Source: an uncultured bacterium
GTDB lineage: Bacteria > Chlamydiota > Chlamydiia > Chlamydiales > JAAZZY01
Assembly: GCA_964350295.1 (NCBI GenBank)
Contig: CAYGJM010000011.1
Span: forward strand, 1-28,423
DNA length: 28,423 nt
Direction: 5' to 3'
The position numbers and the translations under genes were made by a program. How positions within the stretch are numbered: the stretch's first letter is position 1; each line of letters starts with the position of its first letter. Shown piece by piece: positions 1 to 8,651 of this stretch. The notes under the pieces are model-generated. The model saw only the letters and a program-made list of their open reading frames with translations, made no database searches and had not been told where the DNA came from.

Positions 1-1
1 C

Positions 2-358
2 CGGGCCCTTTCTTCGGAAGAAGATCCCCCCGTTTTGTTGGACGGGAATATTATTTTTGCCCCGGTCGGGGATCTGGTGCCTCGGGCTCTCCGAAGCTTG
101 GAAAAAGGGGGAACGGCCGTTTGTGCAGGAATCCACATGAGCGATATACCCTCTTTCCCGTATGATCTTCTGTACGGGGAACGTATTTTACGTTCCGTTA
201 TGAATTTAACGCGTAAGGACGGAGAAGAGTTTTTTAAAATTGCCGGCGAGCACTTCCTGAAAACACGAGTAAAAACCTATCCCTTGGAAGAGGCTAATCG
301 GGCTTTGAGTGATCTGCGAGAGGGTAAAATAGCCGGTTCGGCCGTTATTCTTCCTTGA
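2..358 (+). CDS. Zinc-dependent alcohol dehydrogenase family protein (MDR superfamily), C-terminal part; 5'-truncated by the window edge
   Basis: The frame is open from base 2 (RALSSEEDPPVLLDGNIIFAPVGDLVP...). It carries the IIFAPVG, GG-x-x-VCAGIHMSDIPSFPY-x-LL-x-x-ER and YPLEEAN-x-AL-x-DL...G-x-AV motifs of the AdhP-like family. Confidence 0.85.
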   Translation, partial: RALSSEEDPPVLLDGNIIFAPVGDLVPRALRSLEKGGTAVCAGIHMSDIPSFPYDLLYGERILRSVMNLTRKDGEEFFKIAGEHFLKTRVKTYPLEEANRALSDLREGKIAGSAVILP

Positions 359-436
359 AATCGGGATTTTGCTTCCGTAATATTTCTATTGATCGATATG
401 TAGGGCGATTACATAAAAAATGATCAATTTCTAGCC

Positions 437-466
437 TTGAAAATAAATTTCTCTTCTCTCTATATT
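437..466 (+). promoter_or_regulatory. Candidate sigma70/sigma66 promoter for the kinase-like gene
   Basis: TTGAAA (437-442), 18-nt spacer, TATATT (461-466), 33 nt upstream of the ATG at 500. Confidence 0.35.
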
Positions 467-499
467 TTCCCTTCTTATCTTTACTCATAGAGGTTCCGG

Positions 500-1615
500 A
501 TGACTTCCGTAGATACGCTTTTTCAGTATTCCCTTCCCTTTTCACAGAGGCATCCATCAACAAGAAAAAAGCAAATAAACGATTGTATCACCTCTTCTTC
601 TTCAGATATACCGACCTGGTATCATCAGCCTTCTGATTATAGATCTTTTTTCTATAACAAAAAAAATGGAGAAGGCTATGCGGTAAGGGACCCTTTTTTC
701 AAAAATTCTTCCCGATCCCTTTCGGAGGGACTTTCTTTTCGCTCATTGCAAGATAGAACTCCTAAAAGAGTCATTATAAAATCTCTTAGAGGGCTTTTAG
801 AGTCGGGAGAGACAACTATTTCTCGATTTATGTCAGAACACGCAGATGCCATACGCCATCTTGTTTCTCGATCTATAATTCAGGTCGTCATAAATGAACA
901 ATCCTCACCTATTCCCTACCTGGTGACAACGCGATATCGTGAAGGAGATCTCCATAGGTTTACGGATCATACGAAAAAATCTTTAACGAACGGACAACTC
1001 CTTGTATTGATGCGGGGTATTGTAGAGTCCGTGGACTATCTACATCAACATGGTATCGTACATAGAAATGTCTCCGGACACAATTTTTTAGTAGATGATC
1101 AGTTAAGGCCCAAACTCCATGATTTTAAAAGGGCCATGCATCTATCGGAAATAGGTAAAAAAGAGCTTCAACATGTTGTTTCCAGAACCATAGACCCTAT
1201 CCATCAAAATCTTCTTTGGGAAGATGACCGGAAAACAGACCCGGATCGAGAGAAAAAGAATGATGCATGGGGAGCTTCCATGACGGCGCTTGGAGTGTAT
1301 TTAACGGTAAGAGACAATTCTACTCTTTTCATTGAAACTCTTTCTGCTGATGGAGATGACACTGAAGAAGTGCTAAAAGAATATATGAAAAAATCTTATC
1401 AAGGCTACCTTTCCGGCAAACAAACTCATTACGAAGAAGATATTTCTAAAATCAAAGACGGATGTCAAGAAGCTTTTTGGAGTTGTCTTCATTTCGACCC
1501 GGGCAAGAGGACCTCTATGGTTAAAATTATCAATTATTTGCGATTTGCAGAGAAATATCTTGAAGAGAACGGCATCGCGGATGACATAGCAACAAATCTC
1601 CCGGATGTGAGCTGA
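500..1615 (+). CDS. Eukaryote-like Ser/Thr/Tyr protein-kinase-fold protein, probable pseudokinase (candidate secreted effector)
   Basis: Kinase subdomains are recognisable in order: VIIK, RFMSE (alphaC Glu), YLHQHGIVHRNVSGHNFLV (catalytic loop), KLHDFK, NDAWG and CLHFDPGKR. HRD is replaced by HRN, DFG by DFK, and there is no Gly-rich loop. Confidence 0.8.
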   Translation: MTSVDTLFQYSLPFSQRHPSTRKKQINDCITSSSSDIPTWYHQPSDYRSFFYNKKNGEGYAVRDPFFKNSSRSLSEGLSFRSLQDRTPKRVIIKSLRGLLESGETTISRFMSEHADAIRHLVSRSIIQVVINEQSSPIPYLVTTRYREGDLHRFTDHTKKSLTNGQLLVLMRGIVESVDYLHQHGIVHRNVSGHNFLVDDQLRPKLHDFKRAMHLSEIGKKELQHVVSRTIDPIHQNLLWEDDRKTDPDREKKNDAWGASMTALGVYLTVRDNSTLFIETLSADGDDTEEVLKEYMKKSYQGYLSGKQTHYEEDISKIKDGCQEAFWSCLHFDPGKRTSMVKIINYLRFAEKYLEENGIADDIATNLPDVS

Positions 1616-1736
1616 TCGTGTATTTTATATAATGGGTGTCGGAAAAACGCTTTCTTTAGAATAGGGCTGCCTCATTCTTTTTTATCTCGGATTAGAAAAG
1701 TCGAACGCTTCCGTAAAGAACTGACTTTCGAAAATT

Positions 1737-2402
1737 TCAAAATACATTGAGAGACATAATGATGTGAGCTATCTTATCGGCTAATTTTTGACATTCGGTA
1801 TCATCCAAATGGATTCCGTCAATAGTACTTGGTTGAATACAAGATGCCGCATCCAAAAAATCACAACTCTCTTCTTTGGATAAATGATGATAGGCATCTC
1901 CTAAACATGTAGATTTTTGAATGGAATCACGATCAAATAAGTTATTGAGTTCGGGGATTAAAATAAGGGGGGGAGGAGCTATAAGCAAAACTTTCGGAGC
2001 TTCTTCCAAAGGCCCTTTATTACTATTTTTGACAAGTTGAATTAATTGCCGCATGCCGTTGACAATCTCCGGAACGGAACGTTTGTACTGCACTTGCGTG
2101 TCGTTTGTACCCAACATAAAAACAACTCTATTAATGGGATAATGAGCTTCCAAGGCGGGTGCTAAAAGAGTTAGCCCATTCTTATAAGGGCGATCGGGAA
2201 GCGTTGAATCCAAATTCGTGGTTCTTCCCCCCATTCCCTCTTCAATAACATGATATTTTTCACCGAGCTTTTTTTGTAAAATACTTGGCCATCTTTGATC
2301 TTTGTCATATCTTTTTGATAATCCCGTAATAGGGTTGAAGGTACCGGGAACGCTTCCCCAAGTGTTGGAATCTCCAAAGCACAAAATAGTTATCCTATCC
2401 AT
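1737..2402 (-). CDS. SGNH/GDSL hydrolase family protein (arylesterase/TesA-like)
   Basis: Block I ILCFGDSNTWG, block II EEGMGGRTT, block III FMLGTND, block V DGIH. Confidence 0.92.
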   Translation of the reverse strand: MDRITILCFGDSNTWGSVPGTFNPITGLSKRYDKDQRWPSILQKKLGEKYHVIEEGMGGRTTNLDSTLPDRPYKNGLTLLAPALEAHYPINRVVFMLGTNDTQVQYKRSVPEIVNGMRQLIQLVKNSNKGPLEEAPKVLLIAPPPLILIPELNNLFDRDSIQKSTCLGDAYHHLSKEESCDFLDAASCIQPSTIDGIHLDDTECQKLADKIAHIIMSLNVF

Positions 2403-2404
2403 TC

Positions 2405-5400
2405 CTAACCCCGTATCAGAGAAAAGTCGATCAATTTATCAAAGAGATTGACGACATGAGAGAGCAGAGCAAGTCGATTCATACGGATTTTCTCGTCCGG
2501 AACAAGAATTTGTACCTTTTCAAAAAGTTCGCTAAGATAGGGTTGCAAGGATGCCAGGAAAAGAAAGGCATCCGAATACCGGTGCTCTTTTAGGTCCTTT
2601 TGAAAGGTAGGTTCCGAGGCAAGAAGGTGTTTGTGTAAAAGAATTTCCGGCTCTTCTTGGAAAAGAGAGGGGGTAATCGGGGTGAGTACGGTCGTGTGTA
2701 ACTGTCCTTTGGATCGTTTGAAGGCTTCGATGAGAAGAGGGAACCGGGGATTTTTTCGAAACTCTCGTAAAGCGGATCCTTTTAAATAGAGTTCAAAAAT
2801 AGAAAATCCTTTGAGAAGGGAAGCGATTTCATCGGGTTCCGAAAAATAAGAGGCCAAAACGGTTTTCATTCGCGAGCGAACAAAATCCAATAGAGAGGAT
2901 AGGTATTCGGGGGCAATTTTCTTTTCATAAACTTCCGAGGCTTCGGCAAAGACGAGGTCCAAAGGAAGAAAAAGTTTGTTCTCGATCAGAATCTTTAAAA
3001 TGCCGAAGGTCTGTCTGCGTAGGGCAAAGGGATCGGAAGAAGAAGTCGGTATCTTTCCGTTCAGGAAAGAGGCTAAAAGGTTGTCGATCTTATCGCTGAC
3101 GGCCAGAAGAATGCCGAGGGGCGTTTTCGGCAGTTTATCTTCTTCGAAGCGGGGTAGCCAATGCTCTTCCAGAGCTTGGCAGACTTCTTCGGGAAAATTT
3201 TCCTTTTCGGCGTAATGCTTGCCGATAATCCCCTGGAGCTCCGGAAATTCATAGACAAGAGAAGAGGTCAAGTCGGCTTTGGCAAAACGGGCTCCGTCTC
3301 GGATGGCGGAATCGGTCAAGGGATAAGCAAAATATTGATTGATAATGAAGGCTATGCGTTCCAGGCGGTCGGCTTTTTCTTGCAAGGAACCGAGTCCTTC
3401 CTGAAAAGTTACCTTTGCGAGTTTTTCGGCAAAATGATCCATCCCTTCGCTCCGATCTCGATGATACATAAAAGAAGCATCTTCAAAGCGAGGAATCATG
3501 GCTCTTTCATGGCCTCGCTTCATTTTTGAGTGAGGCTTATGGTCGACGCAAACGGCAAAGTGTTGGACGAGCCTTTCGTTTTTCATCATGGGGAAGTAAC
3601 GTTGATGATGAACCATAACGAGGGAAAGAAGTTCCTCGGGAAGTTCCAGGTATTTGGCATCGAACTCACCGACGAAAAGAGAGGGGTATTCGCAAAGTTG
3701 GAGGACTTCGCGCAGAACCTTGTTTTTGAAGGTTAACTTTGCACCCTGTTTTTTTTCGATGAGGGCTATCTGTTTTTCCATATTCTTCAGTCGTTCATTG
3801 TGATCGACGATGACATAGGCCTCACGGAGGGAAGTAAAGTAGTCCTCCGGTTTCTTGATCATTATTTTCCGGGGATCGAGCAATCGATGGCCGAAGGTGT
3901 AGTTCGAGGAGGAGATATCACCGATGCGGAAGGAAATAACGGAAGAACCGTGAAGGGCCAGGATCCAACGCAGCGGTCTCGGGTAAGCAACCGACGGATC
4001 CGACCAGATCATTTTTTCCGGAAAGTCTAGATTCTGAATGAGTTTCGGCAAGGAAGAGGCGAGAATTTCCCTCGTACTCGTCGAAGGTTTTTGCAGGGAG
4101 GCAAAGAGGTAGTCGACATTTTTGATTTGCTGAATGAATAAATCGGGATCTTTCTTATTCAATAAGGCATTTAGCGAGAGAGGCTTTTTGTCAATGGATT
4201 GCAAAAAACCGATGCCGATATTCGTCGGGGCTCCTTTGGCGTTAAAAGCTTTTTCAAGAGGCGGACCCTTTCTTTCAATGATTTCTTCCGGAGCCCCTTT
4301 GCTCAGGGCTTCGACGTAGGCCGTAATTCTTCGAGGAGACCCGTAGACCTCCAATGTTTTATAAGCAATATTTCGTCCTTTAAAAAACGATTCCAAACTT
4401 TCTCTCAAGGAACGAATTCCCGAAGGAATGGCAGCGGGCGGGAGCTCTTCGGAGCCGATTTCCAAAACAAAGTCTTCCGGAGGATCGTCCATATCGAAAA
4501 AATCCTTTTTCGATACTTTTTTTTCCGTTCGAGAGATTTTATATTCCTTTAACAGGGGGTAATGAAGAGATTCGCGCAGGGTGACATATCGGTAGGCACA
4601 AAGACAGGCTAAAGAACGGATTCTTTGAATGTATGCGGCCCTTTCCGTTACCGAAAGAGCTCCTCCGGCTTCCAGCATATTGAAGGCATGAGAGGCCTTC
4701 ATTACGAAATCATAGGCCGGGAGAACCAGACTTTTTTCGGCAACTCTTTTGGCTTCTCTTTCGGAGGATTCGAAGATTTCCTTCCACATCGGAATCGAGG
4801 CCTCTTCGAAATTATACCGACTCCATTGTTTCTCTCCCTGAAGATAAATATCGCCATAGGTAAGGTCTTTGTTCCATTTTAAATCATAGACGCTATCGAC
4901 TTCCTGAAGATAAACGGCCAGTCTTTCCAGACCGTAAGAGATCTCACCGGTGATGACCGGAAGGTCAATTCCCCCCATGGTTTGAAAATAGGTGAATTGA
5001 GAAATCTCGATTCCGTCGAGAGAAACTTCCCAACCGAGACCGCGAGCTCCCAGGGTCGGAGCTTTCCAGTCATCGTGGATAAACCGAATGTCGTGGGTCT
5101 GCATATCCAGACCCAGAACTTTCAAGGAATCAAGATATAATTTTTGAATGTTTTCCGGAGGGGGTTTAAAAATAACCTGAAATTGAAAGTAATGTTGAAG
5201 TCGATTGGGGTTATCTCCGTAGCGGCCGTCGGTCGGTCTTCGGGAAGGCTCGACGTAGGCCGCTTTGTAAGGTTCCGGACCAAGACTGCGGAAAAAGGTG
5301 GCCGGATTAAAAGTTCCCGCACCGGTTTCCAGGTCATATCCTTGATGGACGGCACATCCCTTTTCGTTCCAATAATCCTGCAGTTTTTTTATGATATCCT

Positions 5401-5413
5401 GAAAATAAAGCAT
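2405..5413 (-). CDS. glyQS: Glycine--tRNA ligase, fused alpha and beta subunits
   Basis: The N-terminal ~290 aa has GlyQ motifs ([42 protein letters not shown]). It continues in frame into GlyS motifs ([35 protein letters not shown]). Confidence 0.97.
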   Translation of the reverse strand: MLYFQDIIKKLQDYWNEKGCAVHQGYDLETGAGTFNPATFFRSLGPEPYKAAYVEPSRRPTDGRYGDNPNRLQHYFQFQVIFKPPPENIQKLYLDSLKVLGLDMQTHDIRFIHDDWKAPTLGARGLGWEVSLDGIEISQFTYFQTMGGIDLPVITGEISYGLERLAVYLQEVDSVYDLKWNKDLTYGDIYLQGEKQWSRYNFEEASIPMWKEIFESSEREAKRVAEKSLVLPAYDFVMKASHAFNMLEAGGALSVTERAAYIQRIRSLACLCAYRYVTLRESLHYPLLKEYKISRTEKKVSKKDFFDMDDPPEDFVLEIGSEELPPAAIPSGIRSLRESLESFFKGRNIAYKTLEVYGSPRRITAYVEALSKGAPEEIIERKGPPLEKAFNAKGAPTNIGIGFLQSIDKKPLSLNALLNKKDPDLFIQQIKNVDYLFASLQKPSTSTREILASSLPKLIQNLDFPEKMIWSDPSVAYPRPLRWILALHGSSVISFRIGDISSSNYTFGHRLLDPRKIMIKKPEDYFTSLREAYVIVDHNERLKNMEKQIALIEKKQGAKLTFKNKVLREVLQLCEYPSLFVGEFDAKYLELPEELLSLVMVHHQRYFPMMKNERLVQHFAVCVDHKPHSKMKRGHERAMIPRFEDASFMYHRDRSEGMDHFAEKLAKVTFQEGLGSLQEKADRLERIAFIINQYFAYPLTDSAIRDGARFAKADLTSSLVYEFPELQGIIGKHYAEKENFPEEVCQALEEHWLPRFEEDKLPKTPLGILLAVSDKIDNLLASFLNGKIPTSSSDPFALRRQTFGILKILIENKLFLPLDLVFAEASEVYEKKIAPEYLSSLLDFVRSRMKTVLASYFSEPDEIASLLKGFSIFELYLKGSALREFRKNPRFPLLIEAFKRSKGQLHTTVLTPITPSLFQEEPEILLHKHLLASEPTFQKDLKEHRYSDAFLFLASLQPYLSELFEKVQILVPDEKIRMNRLALLSHVVNLFDKLIDFSLIRG

Positions 5414-5629
5414 CCTGATCCGTCGCCGAAACTATCCCTTTTAGGAAGGGGATGGTACTTGAAAATCGATATCGAAGCAACGGAAATCAAATCTCTTATA
5501 AAAATAAAAAAAGGCTTTTCTTTTTTTATATTTTATCTATCTTGAGAAGATATGACGAAAGAAACGGATATGGCTTCTCCTCCCGGAAACTTTTCCCGTG
5601 ACCGGTATGTTCGGGAGAAGGAAGAGGGA

Positions 5630-6424
5630 ATGCCGAAGATAACGGTTATCATACCCTCCTATAATCAGAGCCATATCCTCGTTTTCAGTCTGGAAAGTCT
5701 CTTTACTCAAAAGAATGTGGACTTCGAAGTTATTATCGTCGATGCCGGCTCCGAGGATTATACGCCGGCATTGATCGAAAGATACAAAGATAAAATCGGA
5801 AGGATTTTTTTCGTTACCCGTTATGATATTTCTCTGATGATCAATAAGGGAATCGTAATGGCTTCGGGCGAATATTTTTCCGTTTTATTTCCGGGAATGG
5901 AATACATGAATCCCTATGCTCTATCTCGGATCTCTCGTTGCCTTTCGGAAGGCCGTAAACCGCATCTTCTCTATGCCCCTTACTTGCCTTCGGAAAAAAG
6001 TCATCTCGGCCGAAAAAAGAAAAAAATCGGGAGGCAGGCCGTCCTCTATCCCTTTCATCGGGAATGGTTGAAACGAGCATTTTTTCCCAGCGATCTTTGT
6101 TCGATCTGGTATCGAACCGATTTCGTTCGGTCTATCGGCGCCCTTCATGATCGATACCCTTACGGCAAAGGATTTTTGGACTTGCTCTGTCGTATTCGAA
6201 AAACGCCCGGGTATCGCGCTCATATCACGCATCGAGTCGTTTTATGGGGGGATTCTCTCGAAGGCGGGAGATTTCGCCTTTGGAGGGATTTCTTCGGAGC
6301 CTGGGTTCTTATTTATAAATATTTCGGCTTTATCGACTTTCTTTTTTTTCCGTTTCGAGACAAGCCTTTTTATTTTATTTCCGATTTTTTTCAAAAGGTA
6401 AGCGCCCTTTTTAAAGAAACCTGA
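5630..6424 (+). CDS. Glycosyltransferase family 2 (GT-A fold) protein
   Basis: ITVIIPSYNQ...SLESLFTQ...FEVIIVDAGSED...INKGI-x-x-ASGEY is a GT2 N-terminal domain. I chose the ATG at 5630 over 5552 because it follows GAAGAGGGA and directly precedes the domain. Confidence 0.85.
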   Translation: MPKITVIIPSYNQSHILVFSLESLFTQKNVDFEVIIVDAGSEDYTPALIERYKDKIGRIFFVTRYDISLMINKGIVMASGEYFSVLFPGMEYMNPYALSRISRCLSEGRKPHLLYAPYLPSEKSHLGRKKKKIGRQAVLYPFHREWLKRAFFPSDLCSIWYRTDFVRSIGALHDRYPYGKGFLDLLCRIRKTPGYRAHITHRVVLWGDSLEGGRFRLWRDFFGAWVLIYKYFGFIDFLFFPFRDKPFYFISDFFQKVSALFKET

Positions 6425-6498
6425 ACGAGCTTGCGAAAATATGGAAGATCTCGTTACACTGAGAGGGGTGTGAAAGTAGCGCAAGAGGCCCGTATCCC

Positions 6499-7500
6499 AT
6501 GACTCAAAAAGCCATTCGAATAGCCGTGACCGGCGGCGGCGGAAATATCGCTTATAGTTTGTTATTCCGGATAGCTTCCGGTGAAATGTTCGGACAACGA
6601 CAACCGGTAAAATTACATATATTGGAGGTTCCCGAAGCCGTGAATCTCTTGAAGGGAGTCGAAATGGAATTAAACGATTGCGCTTATCCTTTGTTGGAAG
6701 AAGTCGTTACCGGTTCGAATCCGGAAGAAGTATTCGGCGATATTTACTTGGCTATCTTGGTCGGCGCCAAGCCCCGATCGAAAGGAATGGAGAGAAAGGA
6801 TCTTCTTCGGGAAAATGCCCGCATTTTTATGGAACAGGGACGAGCCTTGGATCGTTCCGCTCGCAGGGACGTAAAAGTGTTGGTTGTCGGAAATCCTTGT
6901 AATACGAATTGTTGGATTACGATGAAGTGTGCTCCCGGGCTCGATCCGAGAAACTTTCATGCATTGACCCGATTGGATCAAAACCGACAGACTTATCAAT
7001 TGGCCCGAAAAGCGGGAGTATCCGTCAAGGAGGTTCAAAGAACTTTGATTTGGGGAAACCACTCGGCAACGCAAGTTCCCGATATCCTGAATCCTCGGAT
7101 CAATCAAAAACCCGTCAAGGAAGTGATTCGCGATCACCGTTGGTTGGAGGAGGATTTGTTTCGGAAACTGCAGCAAAGGGGAGCCGAAATTATCGAGGCC
7201 CGAGGAAAATCCTCGGCTGCTTCCGCCGCAGGTGCGGTTCTGGATGCGGTACGAGCTTTGGAGCATCCTTCGGATGAAGGAGAATGGTATTCGGATTGCG
7301 TCATCAGTGACGGAAATCCTTACGGTATTAAAGACGACCTTATTTTCTCTTTTCCTTGCGTCGGTTTCGGAAACGGAAAGTGGGACTTTGCTTACGGACT
7401 TCAGGTAGATTCTTTCCTGAAAGAAAAGCTGGCTCTTACCGAAAAAGAACTTCTGGAAGAAAAGGAAGTGGTCTCAAAAATGATGAAGGAGAGGACATGA
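6499..7500 (+). CDS. mdh: Malate dehydrogenase (cytosolic/Thermus/chlamydial type, probably NAD-dependent)
   Basis: [92 protein letters not shown]. The acidic residue in ILEVP suggests NAD preference. Confidence 0.96.
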   Translation: MTQKAIRIAVTGGGGNIAYSLLFRIASGEMFGQRQPVKLHILEVPEAVNLLKGVEMELNDCAYPLLEEVVTGSNPEEVFGDIYLAILVGAKPRSKGMERKDLLRENARIFMEQGRALDRSARRDVKVLVVGNPCNTNCWITMKCAPGLDPRNFHALTRLDQNRQTYQLARKAGVSVKEVQRTLIWGNHSATQVPDILNPRINQKPVKEVIRDHRWLEEDLFRKLQQRGAEIIEARGKSSAASAAGAVLDAVRALEHPSDEGEWYSDCVISDGNPYGIKDDLIFSFPCVGFGNGKWDFAYGLQVDSFLKEKLALTEKELLEEKEVVSKMMKERT

Positions 7501-8651
7501 GCGATATAATTTTTGAAATTACCAAAGATCACTTGGAAACCGGTTTAAGAGGGTATCCGGTCGGATATTGTCCGACCTCCTTCGTGGATCCGCAAAAAGG
7601 GCTGTTTTATATCAATGAACCAATCTCCGAGATAGCGGAATCTTCTCCGAAAGAGGTGATTTATATGCTTTATCATCAGAAGAAGGGAACCTTATCGGAA
7701 GTAGACTCCTTTTTTGATGACTTGCACAAAAGAGCACATCTTTCTCCGGAAACGCTGGCCGCCATTCGGGCCTTGCCTCAAAAAGGACATCCGATGCAGC
7801 TATTTTCTTCGGCCATTTTAATTGCGGGAATGTTCGATTGCAAAGGAGATTATGCCGAAGATTGCTTGGATATTATCGCTAAGATGCCTTTGATTGCCGC
7901 GGCAGTCATTACTCATCATGCCGGTTGGGAGATGGGAGCCTCTCATCCCGAACAAGGATATATGGAAAACTTCGTCCGGATGTTGAATGTTCCGAACGGC
8001 AATTATGATGATTTGTTGAGAATTTTTTCTCTTTTTAACGTTCTTCATTATGATCATGGCGGAGGAAATCTTTCCACTTTCGTCGGGAAAGCCGTAGCCT
8101 CCGGACTCGACGATATGTATGGCTCCTTGGCATCGAGCATGTGTGCCTTGGCCGGGCCCCGACACGGCAAGGCAAATCAAGATTGTTTGGAATTTACCAA
8201 GCGGATGTTAGAGCAATTGGGTGAACATGCCGAAGCGGAAGATGTCGAAAATCTTTTAAGGGAAAAATTAGCTAAAAAAGAATTGGTTTATGGATTCGGG
8301 CATGCCGTCTTACGCGTGGAAGATCCGAGAGCTTCGATTTTCTACGGAGTTGCCGAAAAATATTACAAGGATGATCCTCTTATTAAAATGGCTCTTTTGC
8401 TCCGAAAGGCCGGACCGAAGGTATTAGGAGCAAATCCGAAAATTTCCAATCCTTATCCGAATGTGGATGCCATTTCCGGTGCCCTTTTAACGGCTTCCGG
8501 TTTCCCTTATCCCGAATATTACACCGTTCTGTTCGGTCTTTCGCGAATCGTAGGGATTGCCATACAAATCGTTTATGAAAGGTGCCGGGCCCGAGAGGGA
8601 AAGGGAGTTCCGATTTATAGGCCGAAGTATTTTTATAAGAGTCCGACGTGA
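7497..8651 (+). CDS. gltA: Citrate (Si)-synthase, eukaryote-like type
   Basis: [22 protein letters not shown] (catalytic His), [14 protein letters not shown] (His), [11 protein letters not shown] (Asp), [10 protein letters not shown]. The ATG at 7497 overlaps the mdh TGA (ATGA) and follows GGAGAGGA; the ORF-track start at 7356 lies inside mdh. Confidence 0.94.
   Translation: MSDIIFEITKDHLETGLRGYPVGYCPTSFVDPQKGLFYINEPISEIAESSPKEVIYMLYHQKKGTLSEVDSFFDDLHKRAHLSPETLAAIRALPQKGHPMQLFSSAILIAGMFDCKGDYAEDCLDIIAKMPLIAAAVITHHAGWEMGASHPEQGYMENFVRMLNVPNGNYDDLLRIFSLFNVLHYDHGGGNLSTFVGKAVASGLDDMYGSLASSMCALAGPRHGKANQDCLEFTKRMLEQLGEHAEAEDVENLLREKLAKKELVYGFGHAVLRVEDPRASIFYGVAEKYYKDDPLIKMALLLRKAGPKVLGANPKISNPYPNVDAISGALLTASGFPYPEYYTVLFGLSRIVGIAIQIVYERCRAREGKGVPIYRPKYFYKSPT

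Noticed and set aside
388-428. Imperfect inverted repeat ATTGATC...ATGTA/TACAT...GATCAAT downstream of the ADH gene
   Set aside because: It is AT-rich with large internal loops; I cannot separate a terminator or operator from chance.
500-2402. Possible horizontally acquired island (kinase-like plus GDSL genes look slightly AT-richer)
   Set aside because: Spot counts show only a mild, variable difference, and there are no mobility genes or flanking repeats.
5431-5456. Hairpin 18 nt upstream of the glyQS start as a T-box or attenuator
   Set aside because: There is no T-box consensus, specifier loop or U-tract, and the leader is too short.
6425-6498. Structured-looking mdh leader (CTTGCG/CGCAAG ends, CTGAGA inside) suggesting a TPP or glycine riboswitch
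   Set aside because: It is only 74 nt and lacks the other conserved aptamer motifs; the pairings are short.
6670-7266. 198-aa antisense ORF (also 13057-13653, 13991-14593, 8383-8871, 12272-12742 and the many 60-160 aa track ORFs)
   Set aside because: They lie wholly or mostly over well-supported genes, have no recognisable motifs, and are expected shadows of coding sequence.
7356-7496. ORF-track N-terminal extensions of gltA (7356), the GT2 (5552), the coiled-coil gene (17286) and the RlmM-like gene (25743)
   Set aside because: Downstream ATGs have better RBSs or stop/start overlaps and coincide with domain starts.
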